Assembly: GCA_052168235.1 (NCBI GenBank)
Contig: JBQLZK010000058.1
Span: forward strand, 1-49,907
DNA from: Thainema sp.
GTDB taxonomy: Bacteria > Cyanobacteriota > Cyanobacteriia > Phormidesmidales > Phormidesmidaceae
Reading direction: 5' to 3'
DNA: 49,907 bases
Shown here piece after piece: positions 40,417 to 49,907 of the stretch. The position numbers and the translations under genes were made by a program. Numbering within the stretch: the first letter of the stretch is position 1; each line of letters opens with the position of its first letter. The notes below the pieces were generated by a model that was not told the origin of the DNA, did not search any database, and worked only from the letters and a program-made list of their open reading frames with translations.

Positions 40417-40568
40417 ACTAATTCGTAGTTAGTATAGCCACATCTCAAAACTAGGCAACGATACCGCTATTCTGCCACGCGCTTCCCTTGAGAGTTTCCG
40501 AAAGGATAGCTTTCCTCTGTCGTTCAAAATGAGATCGCAACTGAGACTGACATGCAGAGAGAATGTGA

Positions 40569-41204
40569 TCATTGCTCTAAAACCTTTTGCCCCACCACCT
40601 TGAGAATCTGAGCCACTTGCCCCAGTTCATGCCGCTGCGGAAATAGCGAAAACGAACGAGACGTATCGTATTCCCGTTCAGCACTCAGTTTCAGAAAGAC
40701 AAACTCATCCCCATTTGTCGCCATGCCATAGTTAGGATGCTGTCGGTTAGGATTGGCTGCCATATACGCCAGCAGTTGCGGCAACGCCGCCGGAACCGAA
40801 ATGCTGGTTCGCTTAGACTCAACCGTCAAAATCCAAAGATGCTCTTGCACCACCAATACATCAATGAATCCCCGGATCGTTTCCTCCGGGTCTTGCAGTT
40901 CTACAGCAACTCCATGAGGCGACTTGATGCGAAAAGGAGGATCAACAAAACCCAAAAGCTCCAGCAGCGGAGCAGTCATTACCAGATTAATTGCGGTGCC
41001 CTCTAGCAGCAACCCATCAGCACGGTGATAATCGTAACGCTGTTTGATGCGTTCAACACTCGCTGCTTCCTGAGCCGTCAAAGACGGTAGATCACCCGTC
41101 CATTCAGAGAAGAACTCAGGATTACGAGATTGCACAAGTCCCAAGCGCTGGTGCAAATCATTTAGTGTGGTGATTACATCTCTAACGCCAGCGCTGCCTA
41201 CCAT
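40569..41204 (-). CDS. Restriction-endonuclease-like protein (type I HsdR N-terminal-like PD-(D/E)xK family)
   Basis: GFIDVLVV...VESKR...QLLAYM...GMATNGDEFVF. Confidence 0.82.
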   Translation of the reverse strand: MVGSAGVRDVITTLNDLHQRLGLVQSRNPEFFSEWTGDLPSLTAQEAASVERIKQRYDYHRADGLLLEGTAINLVMTAPLLELLGFVDPPFRIKSPHGVAVELQDPEETIRGFIDVLVVQEHLWILTVESKRTSISVPAALPQLLAYMAANPNRQHPNYGMATNGDEFVFLKLSAEREYDTSRSFSLFPQRHELGQVAQILKVVGQKVLEQ

Positions 41205-41288
41205 CGTATTCAGCTCTCTCCTAACAGGTTACAGCTCTAGTTTAGAGGTTAGAAAGACTGACGGCTTCCGGGTTGTCTGATATGAACT

Positions 41289-41579
41289 TTATCCCCCTCA
41301 TCCCCCAACCCCTTCTCCCACAAGGGGCGAAGGGGAGCCAAAAAATCAAACTCAATTCTCAAAGTCCCTCTCCCGCTCTGGGCTGCTGTTTATACACAAA
41401 TCTTTTGGACTTCGCTTCGACGCTTAGATCCCCCCTAGCCCCCCTTAAAAAGGGGGGAATTGGCTCAAAGTTCCCCCTTTTTAAGGGGGATTTAGGGGGA
41501 TCGATCCGGGATTTAGAAGAACCATTCAGATGTGTGTAAGCAGTAGCCCGCTCTGGGAGAGGGATTTAGGATGAGGGCT
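41289..41579. mobile_element. Nested miniature elements: a 164-bp insert (41383-41546) inside a REP-like palindromic repeat
   Basis: 11-bp direct repeat CCCGCTCTGGG at 41372-41382 and 41547-41557. Imperfect TIRs CTGCTGTTTATACACA / TGTGTGTAAGCAGTAG. Internal CCCCCTTAAAAAGGGGG hairpins. Confidence 0.8.
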
Positions 41580-41612
41580 AAACTACTGCCATCGGAACCA
41601 AGTCCTTTAGAC

Positions 41613-42401
41613 TCACCTCTCACCTCTACCTGCCTGTAAGCCCTGCCACAGCAGTCGCACTAGCTGATCCACGCAGGCTGCTGGGTCAACCCGCTCCGGA
41701 TCGACCATGTGGGCCAGAATCAGGCCATCAACCAACGCACCCCAGAACATCGCAATCACCTGTGGGTCAACATCAGCGGCAATGATGCCGTCGCGCTGCA
41801 TCTGGCGGATGAGCTGGTCAATTGCTTCCTGTTGCTGCTGGCAAGTTGCGACGCTCAGCACCTCCTGCACATCAGACTGACGGCTTTGGATCATAAACTC
41901 CATATAGAGGCGGCACCAGTCCGGGTGAGCCTGGGCATAGGTGAGCTGACCCGCTAGGAGCGATCGCACTGCATCGCGCGGCGCATTCTCAGCAAACGCC
42001 GCCTTCGCCCGATCCGCTGAAACGTTGAGTGGAGACTGGAGCTGGTCTTCTAGCAGCGCCAAGAATAAATCGCTCTTACTGGAAAAATGCCAGTAGACCG
42101 CACCTTTGGTCAGTTCCGCATCGGCTGCGATCGCATCTAGCGTTGCCCCCGCATAGCCCGACTGAGCAAACACCTGCTTGGCCGATTCTAAAATGCGGCT
42201 GCGGGTATCTAGCGGTGGCTCAGCATTGGGTTGGGCTTTGCTGAGAAATTCTCGGAGCTGCTGCTTGTCGCCAATGTAGCGGCGAGCCGTCGGCCAGCTC
42301 ACGCCTGCTTCGCGGGCAATATCCGTTAGGCTAATTTGGTTGAGGGGTTGGTCTTGGGCCAAACGTTGAGCAGCATCAAAAACGCGATCGCGAAGAGTCA
42401 T
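41613..42401 (-). CDS. TetR/AcrR family regulator with two HTH domains
   Basis: SLTDIAREAGVSWPTARRY and TLDAIAADAELTKGAVYWHFSSK. Confidence 0.9.
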   Translation of the reverse strand: MTLRDRVFDAAQRLAQDQPLNQISLTDIAREAGVSWPTARRYIGDKQQLREFLSKAQPNAEPPLDTRSRILESAKQVFAQSGYAGATLDAIAADAELTKGAVYWHFSSKSDLFLALLEDQLQSPLNVSADRAKAAFAENAPRDAVRSLLAGQLTYAQAHPDWCRLYMEFMIQSRQSDVQEVLSVATCQQQQEAIDQLIRQMQRDGIIAADVDPQVIAMFWGALVDGLILAHMVDPERVDPAACVDQLVRLLWQGLQAGRGER

Positions 42402-42447
42402 GGAGCAATGGTGAGCACATCGTCTCGAAAAAGGTAGGCGCTTTTAG

Positions 42448-42468
42448 ATTATAGACTGACCAGTATGT
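42448..42468 (-). promoter_or_regulatory. Putative TetR promoter -10 box with an overlapping operator
   Basis: Minus-strand TATAAT at 42448-42453 overlaps the imperfect palindrome ATAGACTG-AC-CAGTATGT (42451-42468), ~50 nt upstream of the TetR start. Confidence 0.5.
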
Positions 42469-42479
42469 TTTATACATTG

Positions 42480-42518
42480 TGAGCAATAGCGATCGCTGTT
42501 TGCGATCGCTATTGCTCA
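42480..42518. repeat. Perfect 17-bp-arm hairpin containing two HIP1 sites
   Basis: TGAGCAATAGCGATCGC-TGTTT-GCGATCGCTATTGCTCA. Confidence 0.8.
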
Positions 42519-42673
42519 ATTTCAGTATCTCCATGCCGCCGCCAATGTCCCACCCAAGTTTATGGAGATAGGCAGAAGTTAAACAGCAGAAGTTAAACAA
42601 AGGTGAAAACCGATGCCGTCCATCCCGTAAACAAGCAAAGATAGAAATAGGCAAAGCTGAGGAGATTTGACCC

Positions 42674-43315
42674 ATGCCGCAATCACCCAAACCACAAACA
42701 AATCCCTATCTTTCCCTGGTTGAAATTCCGGCAGGGTATCTGAACCTGATGGGCTATGTTGACGAATCCGAAGTCAACGGGCCAGGTTGTCGAGCCGTCG
42801 TCTGGGTCCAGGGCTGCATGGGCGAGTGCCCAACCTTAAATCCGGAATCTCAGTCATTCGAAATTAACCAGCTCATGTCGGTTGATACGCTGGTCAAAAA
42901 GATTCTTAGCAATCCGCGTCATGAAGGCGTGACGTTTTCCGGTGGTGAACCGTTTTGGCAAGCGCCAGCCCTGGCCGAAGTCGCGCGGCGAGTCAAAGCT
43001 GCCGGGTTGAACGTCATCTGCTTCACTGGCTTTACGCTGGAGCGCCTACAGTCTGACTATGCACCTGCCGGAGCCGAGAATTTACTCAGCCAGCTCGATA
43101 TCTTGATTGACGGCCCCTACGACGAGTCGCTGGCCATCGAAGATCCCAATACGCCGATTGCATCCACCAATCAGAAAATTCGCATTTTCAATCCAGCCCT
43201 GCGCGATCGCACCGACTGGGCCAGCGACCAAGTCGAGATCCATATCTTCCGTGACGGCAGCGGTCTTGTCGCCGATCATCACGGACACATGCAGGTCGTG
43301 GAAGCACCGGAATGA
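42674..43315 (+). CDS. NrdG-like radical-SAM activase family protein with an incomplete Cys motif
   Basis: NGPGCRAVVWVQGC, GVTFSGGEPF, FTGFT and LIDGPY motifs. The cluster motif reads CMGECPTLNP. Confidence 0.85.
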   Translation: MPQSPKPQTNPYLSLVEIPAGYLNLMGYVDESEVNGPGCRAVVWVQGCMGECPTLNPESQSFEINQLMSVDTLVKKILSNPRHEGVTFSGGEPFWQAPALAEVARRVKAAGLNVICFTGFTLERLQSDYAPAGAENLLSQLDILIDGPYDESLAIEDPNTPIASTNQKIRIFNPALRDRTDWASDQVEIHIFRDGSGLVADHHGHMQVVEAPE

Positions 43316-43438
43316 GTTAACCCCTCAGCACGTCCTGCTAGCACAGAGATTCCAATTGTCAATTGCTAAGATCACAGCAAGAGCGCACGACCTGTGACAA
43401 GGTCGAGATAATCAGGGCAATTGCACACACGAAACTTT

Positions 43439-44797
43439 ATGAATGAAGGGCAACGACTGGACAATTGGCGATTTGGCCAGAAGACAGGTTCCCTCATTCG
43501 TGCTGCCAGCATTTTGCTGCTTTCTGGCGGAGCCACATTGGGCCTAATTTACGCCAGCTTTTGGGCCAGCTACAGCGGCAATCGGTTAAATGAAACGAGA
43601 TCGGGTACCTCGCCCTCTTTTGCGCAAGAGCTGCAGGATTGGCGACGAGATACGACAGCCTTTCTCATCCGCGCCGAATCCAATCCAGGCTTAGATCCAC
43701 GCAGCATTACCTATACAGCACTTGCGATCGCAGGTTTGGGCACAGGACTACTCGTGTTTGGATTGCTGGAGCGAGCCAATTATCGGTTACGACTCGCGCA
43801 GGCGGAGTGCGATCGCAACTGGCAGGCTTACCAGCAGGCGCTCCAGGAAAAAGCGCAGGTTGAGGACTATGCCACCACATTAGCCACGCAGCATCACCAA
43901 CTGATACAGGCCAAGACTGCCAAACAAGTTGAGCTGCAAGCCACCAAAGAGGTCATCCAAGCACAGCGCGATCAAGCGCTACAGGAACTAGACCAGGCCA
44001 ACGCTAGGGTTGAGCAGGTCACAAACCAGTATCAACAAGCCTTAGCCGAGAAAGCCGAGCTTGAAGCTCAGATTCAGCAGCTAGAAAGCAGCATTCAGCA
44101 AGCTCTGAGTGAGACAGCAGACGCTGAAGCACAGATTCGGCAGCTAGAGGCGGAAAAGCGACGCTGGCTTGAGTATATTGAGCGATCGCAAACTGATGAC
44201 TATAAAGCGCTGCATCAGCAGTACGAGACGCTCCAGCAGCAGGCTCAAAACCAGGAGGCAGAACTCACTCGGCTGCAAAGCCTGAACCAGCAGTTACAGC
44301 AGAAGATTGATGCACAGGATATCCAGATTCAGGCCCAGTACGAGCAGTATGAGCAGTATGGGCGAACAGAGACCAATCCGGCTGAACCAGCCGCTAACCT
44401 GGAAACCGCAATTGTGCTGTGCTCTAGTGAACGCGATCTGTATGACAACGAAAAGCGAGATTTGATACTCGAAATTTTGAATCGGTACAGTCCCAACCTG
44501 CTCGAAAACAGTCGGCGGCAGCATATTCTGCAAGATATTCTAAACGCCAATCAGCCCACCGACCGTCGAGCCGAAATTGCCGGAGAGCTGCGCCACCTCT
44601 TTTGGGACTACCGCAGCATGAAGTCATCCATTCGCAATTCGCTCAGTGCGCTGGGGTTTGAGCTGATCGAAGACGGTACCCACTACAAAATTGTCTTCCA
44701 GCAGGACAATCGCTATCAGATTACCTTTTCCAAAACCAGTAGCGATCGCAGAGCCGGACGCAACATTGTCAGCGAAATTCGGCGTCGCCTGCTGTAG
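43439..44797 (+). CDS. Membrane-anchored coiled-coil protein with a small C-terminal alpha/beta domain
   Basis: Two TM helices and a ~190 aa Gln-rich coiled coil. C-terminal GFELIEDGTHYKIVF...SKTSSDRRAGRN. Confidence 0.75.
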   Translation: MNEGQRLDNWRFGQKTGSLIRAASILLLSGGATLGLIYASFWASYSGNRLNETRSGTSPSFAQELQDWRRDTTAFLIRAESNPGLDPRSITYTALAIAGLGTGLLVFGLLERANYRLRLAQAECDRNWQAYQQALQEKAQVEDYATTLATQHHQLIQAKTAKQVELQATKEVIQAQRDQALQELDQANARVEQVTNQYQQALAEKAELEAQIQQLESSIQQALSETADAEAQIRQLEAEKRRWLEYIERSQTDDYKALHQQYETLQQQAQNQEAELTRLQSLNQQLQQKIDAQDIQIQAQYEQYEQYGRTETNPAEPAANLETAIVLCSSERDLYDNEKRDLILEILNRYSPNLLENSRRQHILQDILNANQPTDRRAEIAGELRHLFWDYRSMKSSIRNSLSALGFELIEDGTHYKIVFQQDNRYQITFSKTSSDRRAGRNIVSEIRRRLL

Positions 44798-44891
44798 CAA
44801 ATATCGCCTCAGAGACTTGATACAGGGTATGAGTATTACGTTATGCTGACTGCTAGCGACTCTTAGCCATCTTTAGTTCCTTAAAGCAATC

Positions 44892-46238
44892 ATGTCCGTG
44901 TCCAATTCTGTTCCCATTGTTCTCGTTAATCAGCATCAACTGAGCAAACACTTTGCTGATCATCAAACCTGGATTAACCTTTCGCAATTTAAGGCTGACC
45001 CTGGCACGTTTTGTTTGCTTCCAGATGCCAATGGCGGAATTAAACATGTATTAGCGGGGCGTGGTGACGCCCTAGATACCTGGACACTAGGCAATCTGGC
45101 AGCGAATTTGCCACCCGGTGATTATCATCTGGCCGATGATCTCAGTGCAGAAGAGGCTACGAAACTCTGCCTGGGCTGGCAGTTGGGCCAATACCAGTTT
45201 CTCAAATATAAAGAAAACGGCTCCAAACGAGCGGCAAACCTCACGTTTCCCGAATCGGCAGATCAGGACTACATTGAAGCGGCTACGGCGGCAACATACC
45301 TGGTACGGGACTTGATTAACACCCCAGCCAACGATATGGGGCCAGCCCAATTGGCGGACGCCGCATCTGCGATCTCAAAAGTCCACGGCGCAGAGTTTCA
45401 GGTGATCACGGGTGAGAACCTGCTCGATCAGCAATACCCCATGATCTACGCCGTTGGTAAGGCCAATGCTCAACCCCCTCGCCTAATTGACATCCGCTGG
45501 GGCAGCACTGACGCGCCTAAAATCACCCTCGTCGGCAAAGGCGTCTGCTTCGATACGGGTGGCCTAGATATCAAGCCCGCCGCTGGCATGAAGATGATGA
45601 AGAAAGACATGGGCGGTGCCGCACAGGTGCTCGGTCTAGCCAAGCTGATTATGCAGATGAAGCTGCCTGTGCGGCTGCGCGTTCTGATTCCCGCCGTCGA
45701 AAACAGCATCGCCGAAAACGCCATGCGCCCCTCCGATATACTGCAATCCCGCAAGGGCATTACCGTTGAAGTGGGCAACACCGACGCCGAAGGTCGCCTC
45801 GTCCTGGCCGATGCCCTCTGGGAAGCCAGCAGCGAATCCCCCCAGTTGCTGGTCGATTGCGCTACCCTCACCGGAGCCGCCCGCGTTGCCTTGGGTACAG
45901 AACTGCCCGCCTTTTTCTGCAACGATGCAGCCATCACTGAGCAGTTTGAACAGGTGGGACTACAGGTCGATGATCCACTCTGGCCCCTGCCCCTGCATGA
46001 ACCCTATCGAGAAATGCTGAGCAGCAAAATCGCCGACATCAGCAATATCGGCAACGTATCCTACGGCGGAGCCATCACGGCAGCACTCTTCCTGCGCGAG
46101 TTTGTGCAGCCATCAACTCCTTGGATTCACATTGACTTCATGGCCTGGAACCTGCGTAGCTTACCCGGTCGCCCCGAAGGCGGTGAAGCAATGGGCCTGC
46201 GTGCCCTATTTGAACTCATTCGCCGCAGGATAGGATAA
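44892..46238 (+). CDS. M17 leucyl aminopeptidase family protein
   Basis: GKGVCFDTGG, MKKDMGG and NTDAEGRL motifs. Confidence 0.95.
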   Translation: MSVSNSVPIVLVNQHQLSKHFADHQTWINLSQFKADPGTFCLLPDANGGIKHVLAGRGDALDTWTLGNLAANLPPGDYHLADDLSAEEATKLCLGWQLGQYQFLKYKENGSKRAANLTFPESADQDYIEAATAATYLVRDLINTPANDMGPAQLADAASAISKVHGAEFQVITGENLLDQQYPMIYAVGKANAQPPRLIDIRWGSTDAPKITLVGKGVCFDTGGLDIKPAAGMKMMKKDMGGAAQVLGLAKLIMQMKLPVRLRVLIPAVENSIAENAMRPSDILQSRKGITVEVGNTDAEGRLVLADALWEASSESPQLLVDCATLTGAARVALGTELPAFFCNDAAITEQFEQVGLQVDDPLWPLPLHEPYREMLSSKIADISNIGNVSYGGAITAALFLREFVQPSTPWIHIDFMAWNLRSLPGRPEGGEAMGLRALFELIRRRIG

Positions 46239-46280
46239 CGTTTCTCAAATAGATAACCAGAAGATAAAATGACGTTCCTT

Positions 46281-46524
46281 AGAATTGTGGATTAAATAGC
46301 CTGTAAACCGTTCCATTAGTAGGGACACGGCAAGTACTTGTTTAGCGCAACACTCTGATAGATCCCTCTAAATCCCCCTTAAAAAGGGGGACTTTGAGCT
46401 AGTGGTGGTATAGCCCCTTTTTCCAAGGGGGCGGCGACAGCGGGGGATCATACAACTACGCTAAACACATACCACGGCAATGCCGTGTCCTTACCCAAAA
46501 ATTTCCACCTTATCCACGTTTCTT
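46281..46524. mobile_element. REP-like element interrupted by a 139-bp miniature element (46334-46472)
   Basis: 8-bp direct repeat CACGGCAA at 46326-46333 and 46473-46480. TIRs GTACTTGTTTAGCG / CGCTAAACACATAC. The host element is an inverted relative of 33007-33107. Confidence 0.82.
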
Positions 46525-46595
46525 GACTGGATAACCCAGGATACCTATCCACCCATCCACCCCTCTACTCATCCACCCTCCCACCCATCTACCCT

Positions 46596-47375
46596 ATGAC
46601 CCTTTACGAAACCCTCCAACAAACCCAGCGAGAACGGGTCAGCACTGGCGAGACGCAGTCCATTCTCAGCGGTTGCGAGTCAGCCAGTCGCATTCTGGTT
46701 CTGATTTGGCCGCAGTTAGGTGATTTCGACAGTCTAGAGTATGCCTGGTGGCTCCAGCGAGAAGCCGAGTGGATTAAGGCTCAGGGCATCACCATTCGCG
46801 CCGTTGGCATTGGCGATCGCACATCTGGCCAGCGGTTTTGTCAGTTCACGGGTTTTCCTACTGATCAGCTTTTTGTTGATCCCAAGGCTGAACTACACCA
46901 GCAGATTGACCTGTATGAAGGACTCTCCACCAAGCTACCTGGACTCTCGGCACAGCAAAACGCCTGGCTGAACCTGATGCTGATGTGTGCAGGCATCGGC
47001 AGTCCCGGCACGCTCAAGGAAGTGCTGCGTGGCTACACGGGCGATCGGCAAGCTCCCCAGCTCATCCCGGATGATCAGGCTGTCCGCACGAATATATTGC
47101 CGCCGATGAAAGGCTCCTTCTTTAAGTTCGCAGGCGGCAAGGGGTTCCAGCGCCCCTTTGAACTGGCCACCCTGCGCTTACGCAACATGACCGAAGTGCT
47201 GGGCAACTGGTCAACCTATGTCCCCGACGCCAAGTACCTCACCCAGCGGGGAGCCACGTTTGTATTTGATGGTCAAGGGCAGTTGCTGTATGAATACCGT
47301 GATCCAGCGATTCTAGGGTTTGCAGAGAATAAGAGTGAGCCGCTGGCGTTTTTTGAAAGGGTTGTAGAGCGCTAA
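46596..47375 (+). CDS. Peroxiredoxin-like AhpC/TSA antioxidant family protein
   Basis: QLGDFDSLEYA, MCAGIGSPGTLKEV, RPFELATLRL and TQRGATF motifs. Confidence 0.85.
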   Translation: MTLYETLQQTQRERVSTGETQSILSGCESASRILVLIWPQLGDFDSLEYAWWLQREAEWIKAQGITIRAVGIGDRTSGQRFCQFTGFPTDQLFVDPKAELHQQIDLYEGLSTKLPGLSAQQNAWLNLMLMCAGIGSPGTLKEVLRGYTGDRQAPQLIPDDQAVRTNILPPMKGSFFKFAGGKGFQRPFELATLRLRNMTEVLGNWSTYVPDAKYLTQRGATFVFDGQGQLLYEYRDPAILGFAENKSEPLAFFERVVER

Positions 47376-47785
47376 TTCCAATCTCGCTGACAGATATACC
47401 AATTGGGTTCCAGTTGCTTCACAGGTTTGCCGCCATTGGCACAGGTGTCGTAGGCATCTGCCGGATTATCGGTCGAGATATAGACCAGCGGCAGGTAGAA
47501 CTCGTCAATCACGAAATCCACAATCAAAGCATCCGTATTCAGCCCTTGCGTCACCCAGGCTGAGTCATAGAAAGCGGTATCTGGTAGCTTAAGCTGAACA
47601 TCACCCGACTGCTCCAGTTCCTGCACCGAAGATTCCGCTAGTTGCACAAATTCAGCGCGATTGTCGGTAAACACCTGCTCAACCTGTGCCACTGCCTCAG
47701 AATTCGCCACGTTTCTCAGACAACCCGTTGCGATCGCAGCCCCAATTCCGGCAGTACAGACCAAGGCTAACTTCGACTGAATCAA
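47372..47785 (-). CDS. Putative lipoprotein
   Basis: Signal peptide ending ATG-C and a 137 aa ORF. Confidence 0.6.
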   Translation of the reverse strand: MIQSKLALVCTAGIGAAIATGCLRNVANSEAVAQVEQVFTDNRAEFVQLAESSVQELEQSGDVQLKLPDTAFYDSAWVTQGLNTDALIVDFVIDEFYLPLVYISTDNPADAYDTCANGGKPVKQLEPNWYICQRDWN

Positions 47786-47931
47786 TTGTTGAATCCCCTT
47801 GCACTACTGCGACCATTGATAGTAGTTTATGCTTGTCGCTGATTTATATTAAGGTGAGTCGGCTTGCCCAAATTTGGAGCGATTGCCTGTTTGGGATGGT
47901 GATTTTGGATGTGCGATTTTGGATTGAGTTG

Positions 47932-48024
47932 TATAGCGGTTCTAGATAAGAACGAGAGAGGAGAGTGCATCAGGATGATGCACTCTCCTCTCTCGTTCTC
48001 TCACTCTTAACTGGAATCACTATA
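47932..48024. repeat. 93-bp palindromic miniature element, copy 2
   Basis: Near-identical to 29060-29152. Confidence 0.88.
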
Positions 48025-48042
48025 GATGTGCGATCGCAGGAT

Positions 48043-48633
48043 ATGCCGGTGTTCTTGCTGCTGGTCATTTTGCTGCTGAACGACTGGATCGCTCAAGTAC
48101 CAATGGCGGCACTGGTCGCAGTGATGATTATGGTGTCAATCAGCACGTTTAACTGGGCTTCGATTCGCAACGTGCGGATTGTGCCCAAAAGCGAAACGGC
48201 GGTCATGGTGACAACGGTTGTGGTTACGATCGTGACTCACAACTTAGCCATTGGTGTGATTATAGGCGTAGCGCTGAGTGCCATCTTCTTCAGCCGCAAG
48301 ATAGCAGCACTGATCTCGGTAGGTTCCAAGCTCTCTGGGGATGAGACGGCGCGAACTTACTTTGTGAATGGTCAAATTTTCTTCGTTTCCGTGGAGAACT
48401 TCATCAACTCGTTCGACTGCCGCGAAAAGCTGGAGCAGGTGACAATCGACCTCACCCACGCTCACCTCTGGGATCAGTCAGCAGTGGATGCTGTAGATAA
48501 GGTTGTCCTACGCATCCGCAAGCGGGGCGTTGCGGTTGACCTGATTGGCCTCAATGAAGCCAGTGCAACGCTACTGGATCGGCTGGCAATTCATCACAAG
48601 CCAGATGCGCTGGATAACGTGGGAATGCACTAA
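48043..48633 (+). pseudogene. C-terminal fragment of a SulP-family anion transporter (last TMs + STAS)
   Basis: PMAALVAVMIMVS, THNLAIGV, GQIFF and AHLWDQSAV motifs. The N-terminal two-thirds is absent and the upstream sequence is the 93-bp repeat. Confidence 0.8.
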
Positions 48634-49030
48634 AGCTTGATTCACGTTGATTTTAACCAGAGCCAGTCCGTTTGGATTGGCTCTTTTTTATCGATAGTTG
48701 AGGTGCGATCGCACTTTTGCCCGTCGAGACCTCTTTTGTCTGCCTGCTTATCGGTTCTCGGCGTTAGCCAACTCGTCTTAACCGTTTGGGATAACCGGAG
48801 GGATGATTCATCTAGTGCTTGGATCTCGGATGAACCTATAAGCGTAGTGCCATACATTTGCCAATCAAGAATCATAAGAGACAAGTTGATAGCGGTATTT
48901 AAGCCATAATTTTTGGGTGTGTGGGCAATGCCCACACACCCAAAAATTATTACCTTTTGAGGACTCCCGACAAGTTTACCGCCGCATTGTGGTAGCAAAC
49001 TCGTCTCTTGGAACTCTACAAACTTGATAT

Positions 49031-49378
49031 CTATGAATGGCTAATCGATTGGATATTCTGAGACAAAATAGCGCCTCGAATCATAGCCTGCTTTAGATCA
49101 ACGCCGCTCAAGTCTACGTTTTGAAGATTGGCTTGCGTCAGGTTTGTGTTCGTTAAAATTGCACCCGTTAAAACCGCATCTGTCAAGTTGGTGCGGCTAA
49201 GATTCGAGTTAGATAAATTAGCTTTAGCGAAATTAGAGCCCCTCAAATCAGCACCACTCAAATTGACGTTTCGTAAGTTAGCGCCAATGAAATTGAGATT
49301 GCGAAAATCTCGCTGGCCTGCTGCATAACGACTCAGCAGTTCTTTGGCATACATGGGTTTGGCAAGCATATGGATCAA
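49031..49378 (-). CDS. Pentapeptide repeat protein
   Basis: ELLSRYAAGQRDF followed by A(N/D)LxX repeats. Confidence 0.92.
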   Translation of the reverse strand: MIHMLAKPMYAKELLSRYAAGQRDFRNLNFIGANLRNVNLSGADLRGSNFAKANLSNSNLSRTNLTDAVLTGAILTNTNLTQANLQNVDLSGVDLKQAMIRGAILSQNIQSISHS

Positions 49379-49421
49379 AAATCAGTGATAACAGCTTCTA
49401 TGGGTAGTCTTCTCAAACAAT

Positions 49422-49613
49422 TCAAACCAGCATCCGCCGCCGCCGCGTGTCATATCGAGCTACGTAGCCAACTGAACTCGTGCGGAGATAAATAACGCTA
49501 TCGATTAGATCAGAATATTCTTCAAGGGGTTGCTGAAATTCGATATTGTTGCGATCGCAACTGTCGCGATAAGCAGCGACAGCCTGATCGTATTTAGAAG
49601 CAGAATTGCTCAT
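49422..49613 (-). CDS. Small hypothetical protein
   Basis: 63 aa, ATG start with an upstream AAAGG, contains a HIP1 site. Confidence 0.5.
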   Translation of the reverse strand: MSNSASKYDQAVAAYRDSCDRNNIEFQQPLEEYSDLIDSVIYLRTSSVGYVARYDTRRRRMLV

Positions 49614-49907
49614 TAGGTACCTTTAATTGCAGCGTAGGTACCGCCCAGGTAGCAGACGCATGGCGCTCAAACTAACAGTACGCTACCTAGCTTTGATTTC
49701 CCTCACTCTAACACGCCCTTGAATTTTACACAGACCAATCGAGCCATCTAAAGATTCTCTTCCAAACCTGCTTTGATGAAGACCAGTTCTACAAACCAAC
49801 GCTATAGATGAGATTAGTGCTGAGTGCTCAAGCTGAGTGCTCAATATGCCTGACTCCTTGTATGTTGAGAGAAGAGAGGTAGACCGACCCTCCTGAGATG
49901 CGAGACA

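Noticed and set aside
41273..41539. 88 aa ORF
   Set aside because: It lies wholly inside nested repeat elements.
46547..46595. CCACCCAT-like short tandem repeats
   Set aside because: Ordinary degenerate intergenic short repeats with no further structure.
48642..48998. 118 aa minus-strand ORF and its 90 aa antisense ORF
   Set aside because: Neither has motifs or a clear start, and I cannot tell which, if either, is real.

Overview
Chromosomal-looking window from a cyanobacterium: the HIP1 octamer GCGATCGC is abundant, and there are cyanobacteriochrome GAFs, bicA, Uma2 and pentapeptide genes. From 5' to 3': (1) An integron-type cassette array with no integrase in the window. It has three attC sites (567-652, 4590-4678, 5920-6005), a ~4 kb cassette carrying a Trypco1 + trypsin-NACHT pair, and a cassette carrying a DUF433/DUF5615 toxin-antitoxin pair. 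(2) Housekeeping and secreted genes, including an NCS2 permease, a ~970 aa secreted protein and a tandem-repeat secreted protein. (3) A protelomerase (telomere resolvase)-family gene between 42-bp inverted repeats, next to a 63-bp palindrome. (4) A light/c-di-GMP signalling trio: a hybrid kinase with a DXCF GAF and a probable far-red GAF, a CheB-CheR-PAS hybrid kinase, and a REC-GGDEF-EAL protein. (5) A bicA/DUF6671/YcjF-GTPase/HAD cluster. (6) An AT-rich three-gene island: a dynamin-like GTPase, a second P-loop GTPase, and a third gene with an A9 slippery tract that opens a hidden overlapping -1 frame (membrane-anchored vs soluble isoforms). (7) TetR, a degenerate radical-SAM protein, a coiled-coil membrane protein with a HicA-like tail, an M17 peptidase, pseudogene fragments and several nested miniature repeat elements. 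Family assignments come from motif recognition only; no searches were run.
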